Assembly (NCBI GenBank): GCA_964036045.1
Contig: OZ038378.1
Coordinates: 180,668,001 to 180,732,000 of the forward strand
Length of the DNA: 64,000 nucleotides
Source: Eutreptiella sp. 'Long Island Sound 2002'
Taxonomy: Eukaryota > Protista > Euglenida
Direction of reading: 5' to 3'
The notes beneath the pieces were generated by a model. The model did no database searches. It saw only the letters and a program-made list of their open reading frames with translations, and was not told the origin of the DNA. The first letter of the stretch is position 1; the number at the start of each line of letters is the position of its first letter. This document shows positions 38,264-51,385 of the stretch, one piece after another. The position numbers were made by a program, and so were the translations under genes.

Positions 38264-38338
38264 CTGCGGCAAGGGCCTCCTTCATCCATGCTTGTCGAAT
38301 GGCGTCGCGTCGCGTGCGGTATCCTTTGTTCTCCCATC
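38264..38338 (-). CDS. GT31 glycosyltransferase, exon 3 (RRDAIRQAW)
   Basis: Acceptor gtcttttag|GA (phase 1); donor GCA G|gtccca (phase 1). WENKGYRTRRDAIRQAWMKEALAA matches the GT31 RRxxIRxTW motif. Confidence 0.8.
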
Positions 38339-39329
38339 CTAAAAGACGTGCAAAAGGTGGGGAGCACCCGCCGCCAGCTGTGCAGGCACATTGACCACAA
38401 CCCCGTTCCTGTGCGTGTCCCAACAGGCCATTTCCAAACGACCCTTCTGGAGCGGAGGAGGAGAGGCTGAACTCCAAAGCCAAAAGTGCGGAGGGGCATC
38501 AGCAGGAGCATCTGTGTGTGTGTGTACGTGCGTGCGTGTGTGTGCGATGCCCATTCTTTTAAACAACTGCATAGCTTTTGTACGTACATTCACACATCAC
38601 CTCTGTACGTCTCTGTCTGCACCGCAATGTTCGGCTTTGGCTCCAATGGCCGCCTTTCCTCCCTCTCTGCATGACACAAGAGAATAGATACGCTTGGACC
38701 GGGAGTACAGTGCAAAAATTTGACTTAGCCCACAGTTGGGCATCATGCAAAGACCGTTCGGAATTGGTACAGGGAAACAATTCGTGGCTTGCCAAGGAGC
38801 ATAGATTGTGGTTACGTATCCCCTCCTGCAGAGGGGTTACACCTATAAAAGGATTGTAATCGGAGTTTTAGATTTCACCGCCGAAACCAAAAAAAGTGTA
38901 ACCCAAGTAGTTTTTGATTGAGGTTTTTATCATTTGGGGGAGCACTGCTCTGCATGCCTATGCCTGTGCCAAAATCAGTGCGTGTCAACTGTCCCATGCT
39001 GGAAGTGTCTGGTGTAATGCAACTGCCAGGTAAAGAAAAGATGGTGAAAATACTGGACCCACGAGTATGCGATTTTATGTACTTAGGGTGACAACACAAA
39101 AAGTTCTACCCAGGTAACAGCACGACTCCAGGGCCATGAGTATCCCCATCTTGGGACTTTACCGGGACACTACCTCCAAAATGTGCCAATTTAGGAAAAA
39201 TGGGGGAAAATGGGGTTGAGATTTGCTTTGAGTTTTTTTGGTTTTCGTGGAAAAATGGGGAGAGCTCAGTGTGAAAATCCAAAAATGCCACTTTTGGTAG
39301 GTAGGATGGGGGAGGGGGGTCACTAATGG

Positions 39330-39560
39330 GCCTCCGAGGGGAGGAAAAATGGGGGAAAATGGGAAAAATTGGGGGGAAATGGGGGGGGCAAACAGGCAAA
39401 GGAATCTTCCCCCTATTGTTCCTCCATTGTTCCCCCAGTTATGCCCGATTTCCCTTGTTTCCCATCCGGTACCCCCCTTTCTCCCCATTTTCCACCGGTT
39501 TCCCCTATTTTGCCCCCATTTCCCCCCATTTTTCCTGGTTTCCCAGTTTTGTTGGGGAAC
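39330..39560. repeat. Imperfect fold-back element with G/A-tract and C/T-tract arms; related motifs near 9240 and 17045
   Basis: gggggaaaatgggaaaaattggggggaaatgggg at 39350-39388 mirrors ccccattttcc...cccccatttccccccatttttcc at 39480-39535. Confidence 0.6.
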
Positions 39561-40627
39561 AATACGGGGAACCTTAGCGGCAGATCGGTGGGGAACTTCA
39601 TGGGTCTGCAACTCAGCACACTTGTTTTTTTAGGCACTCAGGTTTAGGCTCCCCCACTGAGAGCTATTTGGGGGCTCACTCAGGGCTCACTCAGGAGTTT
39701 CTCCCCCTTTCCGCCCTCTCTTCCCACCCTTGCTGGCCCACACTTCACCCTTTTCACACCAACATCGGTCCGCAGTTCTCACCATGTCTTTTCTCCAAGA
39801 ACTTGAGCGTGCATGCACACATACATACTTGCATACATGTACCCGTGGCGGCAAACACACAAACATCCAAACAAACACACTTCGTCAGGGACACAAATAT
39901 CCAAACACATACACATACATACACCATACACACGTCCACACACACATGCACATGCACAAATTGACAGCCACATTCATTCTTGTGTGCAATTATCTTGTGT
40001 GTACATAAACACATGGCCACATTGAACCATGTGAAGTGAAGGGCTAGGGCCGAGATGGTTATGGGGTTGGGGTTATAGGATATGAACCTAACCATTTGCG
40101 AGGGTGTTCCTTGTTGCCTCATGACAATGGCACCCCCCCACACACACACACACAGGCGCGCGCGCCATGAAGCCCAAATAGGGCACAGAGGATATTGCAC
40201 GCTTTTGTGAGGTTCATCATACAACCATCTTGACCTACACCATGACACATTGATCCCCCTCCCTCCTTATCCCCTCCCGTCCCCTTTTGCCATGCCTCAT
40301 CCCTGCTTACCCCATGCGAACCCCTTCTCTTATCTTGCCTGTCGCGTCCCCTTGCCTTGCCCTTGCCATGCCTTCCCTATTTGTTGGCCATGGCATCGAG
40401 TGCATGATGGTGGCGACAATGACGATGACCTTTGCAGGTATGTTGTGCTATTGTGTGTGTTCGTGGGTGTGTGCTTGTGCCCATGCGCATGTGCGCAAGT
40501 GTGGATGGTTTGTTCCCTCTTCCCCACTGCGTGCACAACCCATCCTTTTGCAACCATTCCAGCAGGTCGTTCATGTAGCGGTTCGGGCATATGCTGCACG
40601 CACCTGCATAGCCTTTGCCGTGTTCAC

Positions 40628-40665
40628 CGGTGAAGATCCCAATAATCAACGGATAGTCTCCGGAC
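40628..40665 (-). CDS. GT31 glycosyltransferase, exon 2 (38-nt mini-exon)
   Basis: Acceptor ttggacag|G (phase 2); SGDYPLIIGIFT; donor ACC G|gtgaac (phase 1). Joined to exon 3 it gives LIIGIFTGWENKGYRTRRDAIR. Confidence 0.7.
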
Positions 40666-43600
40666 CTGTCCAACCACATGAGTAAAGGCACAACGCAGTG
40701 CATCTCTGACATCAAATTTTCCACATGTGAGATTGAGGGAGGAGGATGCATGTTTGAGAGCATATGCCCTTGATAAGAATGCAAGCTGCGACCTCCCAGG
40801 GTTTGGGTTGGGTTGGGTGTATGCCCGTCACCAGTCTTGACGTGTCCCGAAGCGCTTTCATTGTCCTGAAATGGGAACCAACCGTCTCAGGCTGCCCCGC
40901 GCTGGGCTCGGGGCTCTCACCCCGCTGACCCTGTCCGAGACAGGCGCAGTGAAGCCTGTGACATACACACACACACACGCACACTTACACACACACACAC
41001 ACACCATGTCAATTCATGGTCCTGACCGGGGGCACTGGGGGCCCTACGCAAAGCAGTCAGTGGAGGATCTGCGCTTGCTCCCAAGCAGTTGCACTGCTGT
41101 TGCAGCCTTGCGGCCACAACAGCTGCGGTTGCGCTGCCAGAGTCACATGGACAACATTGCACAGTCCGAGATATGATGCCACACTACGAGGTCGGGGCCG
41201 GGCCACCAGACCACACCCTGGGGGCGGGGGGGGGATCTTCTGGGGTCCCAGGCAGCAGAGGCCAACCTACCCACCCCTGCCAACTGGTCGACCGTTGACC
41301 ATCACCCGTCAGTGGTCGGCGGCAAACCGTCAGTCCGGGCCGCTCCGGAAAGAAAACAGAAACTCTTGTCCCGAGAGGAAGCCCATGCCCACAAGGCTTG
41401 TGAAGAAAGACCCCAAAATAGCCGGGCCCTTCAGCAACCCACCGATCAATGTGTGCTGTCTACTTTGCATTTGAGAGCAGGTACAACAGCTTGGGTAGAC
41501 AGGGGTCGCGGCGTGCGCAGTGGCAAAAGCATATACGTTCGGCGCATCTTGTCAAAAGACAGCAAATCGTTCGAACATGTTGGCACGTCGGCGAATGTAG
41601 AGAGCTTCACTTTGGGAAGCAGCAAACGATGGCTTGCCATGAGCTTCCAATTGCAGGAGAGGCAGACTAACGTGCCTAGGGCGACGGAAAGGACCACCAT
41701 CCGGGCCTGGTGACATTTTGTAACACTCATCTGATAACAGAAAAGCAGCAGCATAACAAGGGATGGACCTTGCAGTGGCACAGAAGCAAGCTCACAACAA
41801 CAATGAGCCCAAGCAAGAATGTCCAATAGTGAGGCACATGTTTACTGAAGTCCTTGTCCCTTGCGCAAATACGGCCAAAGTCACGGAAAACAACAGTCAG
41901 AGTGGGAGACCGTTCGCAGACAAGGCCGTTCTTCCACACGCGACCTATAGGCAGGCGGTTCATCGGAGGGTTGACTGCATCGCGACAACATTCGCTGAAA
42001 CCTCATATCGAAACAGACAAAAATCACTCACATCCAAGCAAATGGGCGTTACCAAGCAAACTTCGAGAATCTGGGGATGTCATTTCTTGCATTGCATGCT
42101 TGGCTAGAAAAATTTTGCGATTGTTTGTGTTTGTGCATGCACCAAACAGTTCTGCACTACAGATTCGTGGGAAATAACCGGGAAGAAATGCTGCATGGCA
42201 AACACCCTGAAGAAAGGACTGTACAGACCAAGCAGCACAACCAGAATTTATTGATTATTTGCGATTAATGAAAATTTGCGTTAATTGATGAAAATTTTGT
42301 ATTATATACGATCATTGGCGTAGAATTAATTAAAATTTGGTAATCTTTCTATTTTTGCATTCACCTAATTTCGACACACACCACTCTTTGAATAAATTAT
42401 CCTTAAAATTCTTACAATTTCTTTGGTATTAGCAGAAACACCTCTTCACAGGCTTGATCCCCTACTTATGGGAAAGGCCAAAACTAGGGTTGGAGTATAG
42501 ACCTATAGCTCATGCGATGCTTCAAGATACTCTCTAGTGCGGCAGGCGACTGCCATGCCATAGGCTGCCCAATCTTTGATGAGACACTTCCTATGGGGCA
42601 CTGTCCCAAATGACATGCATTGCAGTGATGATGTGTTGCAAAACTTTGCACAACGTGCGCACAGCATGAACAGCATTTCCCAAGCCTCTGAGGAAAAGTG
42701 GAGGCAGGGTGCAACAACAAAAAAAAAAGCAACACCTTCTCTTGCGCCGAAAATTGCAAATGTTCAAGAATTTGGTGCATTTAAGCCACAAAAAAGTTTT
42801 GGGTCCCCAATACCCCCAATAAGTGGGGTTTGCCGAGGCCATGTGGGATTACCTCTGATGGCCTTCATGCTGCGTTGGCCGTTTTTGCTATGAGAAGCAC
42901 GGAAAGTGTGTTTTGCACTCTATGTACTTTAAACTGAATGCACTTTGTGTATTGTTTTTGGCCATTGGTTGCGGGGTTCGGAGGGTGGGGGGTGGGGGGT
43001 GGGGGGGCGCAAGCAGGTCTCAAAGCTCTCTACACATGCTCGTCCTGGTATGCATATGCAGCAATGTCCGGCAGTTCCACGAGATCATTGGTATGATACA
43101 AATGTGCTACCATACAATTGTTTGCACCTGATGGCCTTTGTTTTGTCAACACCATGGTGTTTGTATGCTACAACACAGGAAAAGGCACCCTAATGCTACC
43201 ATCTTTCACCCGAGTCACCTTGCGTGTGCTAGCACTCCTTGGCCAAGTAACCTGGACTAAGACTGTGTGCTTCAGGGGAGGAGTGTGGGGGTGGGTGTGC
43301 CTCGGTGGGTACCAATGCGGCCTACATGCTTCAAAGCGAATTGGGTGGCCATGAGGCAACGGATACTGGGCTCGCATACGCCCCCGTGTCACAGGCGCAT
43401 GGTCATCACCACATAGTTCAGTGTTTTTCCTCGCTGCATTGCAGCGCAGACCAGTTCTGAACCACTCCAAGCAGCTGTTGATTGTGCTTTGGCCTTGGCC
43501 ATCTGTACATTGAGGTCAGCTCGCAAGGGCAAGCGGTCCCCCCGGGGCAGGGCACAACCCGAACCCGTCATCGTAAACGCCTCGAGAGTACCACAAAATG

Positions 43601-44853
43601 AGAAGTACCACAAAATGAAGAAGAAGGAGCAGAAGGCACAACAGGAAAGACGAGACCACGAGGCCTCCCCGCAAGAGACGGCGGCGAAGACACCGGAGGA
43701 GGTGGAGGAGACACGGCCCGTGGGTGCACAAGCAGGCTCCTCAAGATTCGTTCCTGCGTAGTTGTACACCATGAGCCATCACCTGGAACAAGCCCAGCAT
43801 GCAACAGTGCAGAGGGGTCCCGAGACTTTCACCCTGCTGGTTCTGCGACCCACGTATGCAGCAATGGAGTTCCTGTCACCCATTCCCATGGGTTATGAGG
43901 ATCGATGGATCCAAACGGTGGCCACCGGCCTTGGAAGGGCCCTTGTGTGCAGCAGCCCCCCAAGCCAATGGCCAGCAAGGACCCACAGGAAGAACACCTG
44001 TCCTACCGAAACTGGCGGCTGGAGACGTCCAGCGCTGCATTGGAGATGGGTGTCTCAAACAACCAAAAGTGGGGACCACCGCAGAATGGGGTCAAAACTC
44101 GCAATTTAGTAGTGACAACTCAAAAATAAAACAATCCAAAACAATTGTTATTTTTAACATTGTGGCGACCACACTAAAAGATCACAAGTAAGGCACTGTG
44201 AGTACCACGATAAAATCTTACTTGCAAAGCATATTTTACACGCTCTGAATGTATTTTCACTGCATTTGGCCATTGGGTCCCCGGGGAGATGGCAACACAC
44301 TGTCCGAAAATAATTTGTAGCATCAACAGCTCAAAACTCGAAATTTTCAGAAGCAAATTTTTTGACATTGTGACTCCTCCCAATAATGAAATATCACATG
44401 TAAAGCATGATGTACTTTTCAATCTATTTGGCCACTGGGTGCTGGGGGGGATTAGGGCCTGGTGCAAAATGTGCTTGAGCAGTTTTTGTCAACAGCTCAA
44501 ACTATGGGCCTCCTTTTCGCTGTCTTGTTACGACCCATTCTCTGCGAGGTAGACTTGCCAAAGGCAAAAAACCTCACCTTTCTCACCTTTCGGAGCCGGA
44601 ACCGAATTAAAACTAGGCCACAAATTACCATGGTACCATGCCTCTGTATCTTGGACAGGCCGTATTTTAGGGGGGGGGGGGGGGCTCAATCATGGTCGGT
44701 AACAGATACTGGATGCCCCCGCCCAGGCAATTCCAGCCAATGTTCCAAGTGTCATCAAGCAAATAAAGTGCTATGTTACATCTAGTCGCTAAGATACAAC
44801 TTGATATGAACACAATAGGACCTGCAATACAACTCATGAGAACCTCCGTGTAC

Positions 44854-45053
44854 CTGACAACATAGCCGTATTTTAGGCACCGAGGAGGGGTACTGCCTGT
44901 TGATGGTGCTGGTGGAGGTGGCGGTGGCGGTGCTGGCGGTGTGTTGGTGCTGCTACCACCATCACAGCCCATAGCAGCATCCCTCCAACAATGCGTCCCG
45001 GTCAAAAACATTGCAAAAACAAGTAGGGCCAGGGCAATGGGAGACAGAAACAT
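44854..45053 (-). CDS. GT31 glycosyltransferase, candidate exon 1 (signal anchor + Pro-rich stem)
   Basis: MFLSPIALALLVFAMFLTG hydrophobic anchor, PPAPPPPPPPAPS stem; donor GTC AG|gtacac (phase 2) fits exon 2. Confidence 0.65.
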
Positions 45054-45509
45054 TACCGAATCAACACAGTGCTGGTGTAGCGAATGCTTTTCGGGAGAGG
45101 ATGGTCTCAAGCAGAAGAGTACTTGCCAAGCTTCCAGCTCAATGAGTGGAAAGCGGACATGTTGGGTCTGGTGGTTTGAAATGGGTTCATGCTTGGCTGC
45201 TTAGGTTTTTGGGTACTACATCACGTGGCAACCGATGATGTTTTGTTTGTTGCACATCATGGGGGAGGCAACTGCTCGGATCTGGACGCCAACTGCCCTC
45301 CCAACTAACCGTTGGCCGGAGGCGGCTTGGGAGGGGGGGTTCTGGGAGGAGCAGGGGGGGGGGGGGCAGGGGGGCTTTTGCCGGGGGGGGGGGGTCCAGG
45401 TGGGGCGATTTGGGGGGTACATGCCCCCAAGGCCAAGTGTTGGTCCATCGCAGGCTCCCTTTACCTCCCCTTGCCCTCCCTCTCACCGTACTCAGCACTT
45501 TTTTGCCCA

Positions 45510-46870
45510 AAACCGCCCTAGAACCTGCTGAAAATGGCCAAATGAAGGGAAACAGTGGCTACTCTACACATGCAGCTAGACATCCCCGTGCCAAAGTGCC
45601 CTCCAGGGCCCTCTAACTCCACATTATGTCCGCGAACCACCTCCAAAAGGCCCCCGAAAGCACCAGAATTTGTGCACATTGGCCGTCGGCAACCCCAAAC
45701 CAAAAACAAACCATATCTTGGGCTCCGTGGCTCAAAACACGATTTCGAGTGCACAGAATCCACCCGCAACAACCCACTTTTGGTGGTTTCCATCCCACAA
45801 AATTGCCCTAACCGACGCCTAGATCCCCATACCTAGGACCAGTGGGCTGCGGCAAGCTGCAAGAGGTAGCCCAAAGAGGTGGGTGCCAAAATGGGTCAAC
45901 AAGGTCCACAAGGTGCAAAAAAAATGACTTTTTTGAAAAATGATCTTGGACCACATGGAATGCCAAAACAAGTGTTTTTGGCGCGTTTTGAGCTCGTGGG
46001 GGCCCGTTTTGGCCCTCCTACATTCCCAAAATGCCTTGAAATGGGCTGTTTTGGGACAAAAAATGCTTCAAAAATGGGTCAAAAATGTGCTGTTCCAAAA
46101 ATGATCCCAGACCGTTTGGGCTGTCTAAACAAGTGAAATGAGCCCATTTCGGGCCCGTTGCAAGCCATTTTGGTCCCTCCAAAGTCACAAAATGCCTTGA
46201 AAAGGGGCTGTTTTGGGACAAAAAATCACTCAAAAATGGGTTAAAAATGTGTTTTCCCAAAAATGATCCTAGACCATTTGGGGTGCACAAACAAGTGAAA
46301 TGGGCCCTTTTTGAGCCCGTTGCAAGCCATTTTGGCCCCTCCAAAGTCACAAAATGCCTTGAAAATGGGCTGTTTCGGGACCAAAAATGGGTCAAAAATG
46401 AATCAAAAATGTGTTTTTCCAAAAAAAAAAAAAAAATACTGTTGGACTATTTGGGGTGCACAAACAAGTGGAATGAGCCCATTTTGAGCCCATGTTGAGC
46501 AATTTTGGCCCGTCTCAAGGCCGAAAGGGGCTTGGAAATGGGCCAATTTGGGACCACAAATGGCTCATAAACGGGTCAATACGACGGTTTTCCAAACATG
46601 CTCCCAGTCTAGTTGTGGTGCCCAAACGGATGAATACAGCTCATTTTGAGCCCCTTTTGAGCCGCTCTCATCCACTTGCCACTGCGTACCTCATTTGTCG
46701 TTGAAGTCTCCTAGACGATGTTCCTTCCCCCACCAGCTCGGTCCCATTATTCAATCCTAGTTAGGGTTAGGGCTAGGGTTACGGCTAGGGTTAGGTTTGG
46801 GGCTATGAGTAGGGGTAGGTGTAGGACTAGGCTGAGGGTTGGGGTGGGTGTTAGGGTCAGGGTTGGGCTT
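45510..46870 (-). repeat. Rearranged copy of the telomere-repeat-bounded element, with a ~161-bp subrepeat amplified and a degenerate (TTAGGG)n tail
   Basis: Shares sequence with the 49.9-55.7 kb units. aaaatgccttgaa recurs at 46028, 46189 and 46351. The end motif ccccaccagctcggtccc is followed by TTAGGG variants at ~46760-46870. Confidence 0.85.
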
Positions 46871-47479
46871 AAGGATAATGTGCAAAATGAACAAAACTTT
46901 CCTTGTGGTGCCCATGGAGCGGCGGGCGCCTTCGGCGCCCATTGACTCCTAAGGGCGGCACCGTTGGCAACTAACTGTTGGCCAGAGGCCCCTTAGGGGG
47001 GGGGGGGGGGGTTGGCGTCCTAGGACCCGCGGAGCCGCACCCCCCGAGTTGCCCATCATCTTTTGCTTAATGCATCGACAAGGGACAAAGCAGCATAAAA
47101 GGCAGGCACAAGCCCAGCCAAGTGTGCGCCTGCACCCCTGACCTCTAGTTATCGCCCCCCCCTCCCCTTTGACCAATAGTTGGAGAGTGAATCGTAGCAG
47201 AACCGGTCCGCCCCCCCCCCTGGCCGGGCCCCTGCGAGATGCACGGTCCAGCGGTGGACTGAAGCTGAAGCTAAAGTGCTGCCGGATTCGAGCAGACGTA
47301 GATGCCGGGGCAGAAGCATCAAGGCACACCAGCGGTGCAAGAAATGGACAACCTCCACAAATTGATGCACAACTCTATACACACCCTACACACTTTACAC
47401 ACTCCACACTCTACACACGCAACCCCTGCACGATTCCCAGCCTCCCACTGGTGCACATCTGAACACTGGCCTCTGGTCT

Positions 47480-48600
47480 AGACCATTACACAATATTCAT
47501 GCCACAACATCCCTCCCCTTGCCAATTGTGCCCATTTAAATCCTAAAAAAGAAAACCCCAGCAAATTCTTGCATGAGCAGTATCCCTTCCCCTCAACTGC
47601 AACAGACTTGACCTGCGGGAGCTCGCAGGGAGTTTGGTACATAATGCATCGCTTGTGTCCTCGGCAGCGGGGCAGACTTGCGCCAACGGTTTGCTGCATC
47701 ACAGTTGGACCTGGAAGTTCATGCTATGATTGAATTGCTTGTGGCCCCGATGGAAACGGACCACACCAGAGCCGGCACACACACATACGCACCCTTGCGT
47801 ACGCACGGCAAAGTCAGGGAAACGACGGTTAGACGGGCCCCACATGCTTAGACAAGGCCGCACACACAACATGGGGTACGATAAGGAAGGCATACACTGA
47901 AAACGTGCCCATACCGCACCACAAATAGAATTCTCACAACATGGCACCAGAATACAACAGGAAAAATTCAGTGTGTTCTTGATGTCCTCACTGCCCATCA
48001 AGGGCATCAGGAGCTGTGGAATAGAAGCCCTTTCCAACCTTGCACCTCATCTTGGGGCAGGGTTTGGAGTGGCCTTGGGCTTCATATTCTTTGGTACAAA
48101 ACTGTCATCAACAACATCTTTGGTGAAGCACGGCTTGCCCTGAAACATATGGCCGAAGCCCCAACTTCTACAGCCCGTTTTGGCCTGCACTTCATCTTCA
48201 TCATCCTCCCCAGAATCTGAGGCAGACAATGAATGATCAGAAATGAGGAGCTCTGAGTCAGGATGCGCAAGACATTAATCAGAATCAGGCAAGGTGTTCC
48301 CGCGGGAAATCACATCATCCAATTGGCTCAACTTCACGCCAGCCCATGAGGAAAATAGCTTTTCTCATAGCGGAGCGCTACTCAGCACAAGAAACTGCAT
48401 GCCATGTTTCAGACACCCACTTCCTGAATTGTGGATGTGATGCGATGGGTGTGGTATGGCATTTGTGTTCTTTAGCCTCCTGTGGCAAGTGCACAAAGCT
48501 GTATATCAGCCGTCGAAGTATTCATTGAAGGAGGGGGATCGGGGCCAGCATGTCAATTCCCTCAACCTCCACCCTGCCAGCATGGGGCAGAGGGGGGTAC
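47480..48600 (-). pseudogene. Possibly a decayed pogo/Tc1-like transposase region
   Basis: FRKWVSETWHAVS...RKAIFLMG resembles the DDE_1 C-terminal W-x-x-x-W helix and is followed by an acidic SDSGEDDEDE tract. Catalytic residues not found. Confidence 0.3.
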
Positions 48601-49897
48601 ATTCATGGATGTGAACGAGTGAGGGTTGAACCATAAAAGTGATGGAGGGTGAGGAGGGAAAATAGGGAGGAGCTGGAAATCAGATGGAAGCTCCACCAGC
48701 ATTCTTGCATACCAAACCATACCGTGGCAAGGGCATGAGATTTGAGGCCCGGCAGGCATGTCCACTGCCGTCTTGGCTGCTCCACCTCGCCGATGTTACA
48801 CCAGAGCGCACTGCCATGCAGCATGCCCTCCTCATAACATAAATGCTGAGCTTGCTGATACACGCCTACCCTTCGCCTTCCTCAGCCTCAGCGACTTGGA
48901 AGAACGGGGGAGAAAGGGGGAGGGATCATTTGGAAGCATCACCAGCCTTCTCGTGTACCTTACCGGAAGGGGGGCGGGGGGGGTATATACTCATGGCCTC
49001 CTGGCCCCATGTCCTCAATGGTATGCAAAGCACTAGTGGCCAAAAGAAGCAGGTGGCCATGCAGCAATGGAAAGCATATTCCACGTGCACATATACAACA
49101 AGGGTCACCACGCGGTGACTATCTGTCCGAATTTGGGGGGGGGGGGGGGAGTGGGTGCAGGGAGGAAGGGAGGATGGACCGTCGGATCCACAGAGCGGGC
49201 CCAGCCGCACACCTGGGGTCCCGTCGCCGGTTTGGGAAATCCAGGGCCACGTGGATAAGTTCATGCATTGGGAGCCATAAGTGATGCACTGCAGGATATC
49301 ACAAGGCAATTTTTGTTTTCTCTAGGCTCTGGAAGGGGGTTGGGTGAAATGCGTAAGGGCGCAAAAGCAACGCAACAGCATGTTGCCTTGCATGTCGGCT
49401 GAATTGCCCAGTGGGCTGCTGAATGTTGTTGAAAGCAGGGAAGGGAGGGGGGGTGTGGGGGGGCGGGGCTGGGCAGAGAAACTTGTGGAGCAGCTCATTA
49501 TTTCGCAACAAATTCTGTACAACTTCTTTAAAACAAAAAGATGTACACAGGAGCCAAAATCTGACCATGACAAAGAAGGGAATGCTTGAATGGTTGCCAA
49601 ATCCCTGCTGTTGCCACATGGTTTAAGAAACCTTGTGAATGCACTTTTTGGCAGATGTCTCCTGAGATGTTACATTGTGTTTTGGTGGTGTCCATTTTTC
49701 CCCTACATTTATCAGCTTTGTATTGGTTGTTTAGCTGCTGTAATTACCACACACTGCAGCACAGTCCAATTTAATGTGTTGGACAAGTACCTAAAGTAGG
49801 TGAATGAAACTTGCAGTTGCGGCCAGATGCATGCCACGCAGTGTCCACACCTTCAGCATGACCACCCCGTGGAACCGTAATTTTGGCTTTTTGGGGG

Positions 49898-51063
49898 CTC
49901 TAATCAAGACTGAATATTGGGACCGAGCTGGTGGGGGAGGGAACATTAGATATGAATGGTGAGGGACACCAATGAGTTACACATTGAAGGCCGTTGACAG
50001 GGTGGAATCAGCTTGCAAGTGATCCCCTTCACCACAAGGCCCACTTTCAAGGCTTTTGTGGACTTGTGAGGGGCCAAAATGCCCCAAAATGGGCTCAAAA
50101 TAGGCTCATTTCACCCGTTTGTGCACCCCAAATGGTCTAGGATGAGTTTTGGAAAAATGCGTTTTTGACCCATTTTTGACCCATTTTTGGTCCCAAAACA
50201 GCCCATTTTCAAGGCATTTTGGGATTTTCGGAGGACCAAAATGGGCCACCCCAAGCTCAAAACAGTCCAAAAACACTTGTTTTAGCGTCGCACATGGTCT
50301 AGGATCATTTTTGAGAAAAGTCATTTTTCTGCCCCTATTGGACCCTATTGACCCATTTGGGCACCCACCTGTTTGGGCTTGAGCTTGCAGCTTGCCGCCG
50401 CCTACTGGGCTTGGGTACGGGGGTCTAGGCGTCCATTTGGGCAATTTTGAGGGGTGGAAACCACAAAACGAGGGGGGTTGCGGGTGGATTAGGTGCCCTC
50501 GGAATCGCGTTTTGAGCCATGTAGCCAAAGATATGGCCTATTCTTGGTTTGTGGCTGTCGCCAGCCAATCTGCACAAAATTTGGGGCTTGTGGGGGCCTT
50601 TTTGGGCCGTTTCCGGGACATATGGTGGAGTCAGACGGCCGCAAATGGCTCGTTGACAAAAGAAAGTCAAGCCGCACATGGAGTGCACCCACCCTTTCCC
50701 TTTCCTTGGCCGTTTTGAATGGGTTCTAGGGCTCTTTTGGCCCAAAAATGGCTGTTTTTGGCCCTAAATTGCAGTTTTTGAAACTGAGGTCCGCCACTTG
50801 CGACACCCATTCCCGGCTGCCACCGTTGAGTTTCTGGCTCAAACTTTGTGTGGTTGTCCCTCACACCCATAGGTATCATCCACCAAAATTTCAGCCGAAT
50901 GTGAAGCACCACGACGGATGTCTGATTTTTCCCCATTTCGCGCGTGCTGCTTGCTGCTTGTTGCTGCTTGCTGCTTGTTGCTGCTGCTGCTAAACCTGGT
51001 AGGTCCACCCTAGACCCTAAAAAGGGTTATAAAACCAAGACTGGTTCCACCAGCTCGGTGACC
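49898..51063 (+). repeat. Telomere-repeat-bounded non-coding element, copy 1
   Basis: Starts ctctaa|tcaagactgaatattgggaccgagctggtgg; ends (TGC/TGCT)n-aaacctggtagg...ccaccagctcggtgacc. Confidence 0.9.
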
Positions 51064-51385
51064 TTTCCTGCCCCCCACGTCGCCCTTAGCTTACTGCATA
51101 CGTTGTGTTGTTTTGGACCACGTTCATCCTAACCTTGAAGCGAGCAACCTAACCCCGTACTCCACTCGGAATGAATGTGCTCCCCAAGTTTCGTGTTGAC
51201 GTCTGCGCTCGGCTTTCGCTTCACCGCGATCCCGTTCCTCTTTCTCTTGTTATGAGCAAATCGATGCATATGTACAATGCATTGTACTTCCTGCCACATA
51301 CCTGTACCAAAAAATTGATGTCTCTATCCGGCTATTGTGTGCCTGTCAAGTGTTGCATGTTCCTTGTTTCACGCATTACGGGGTG

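Noticed and set aside
40604-40627. Alternative longer GT31 exon 2 ending GCA G|gtgcgt
   Set aside because: In frame, but it adds EHGKGYAG and lengthens the IGIFT-to-RR spacing relative to the GT31 pattern; the shorter donor is preferred pending RNA data.
43489-43761. Charged Lys/Glu-rich + strand ORF
   Set aside because: Short and low-complexity, antisense within a GT31 intron, with no motif; cannot be called a gene.
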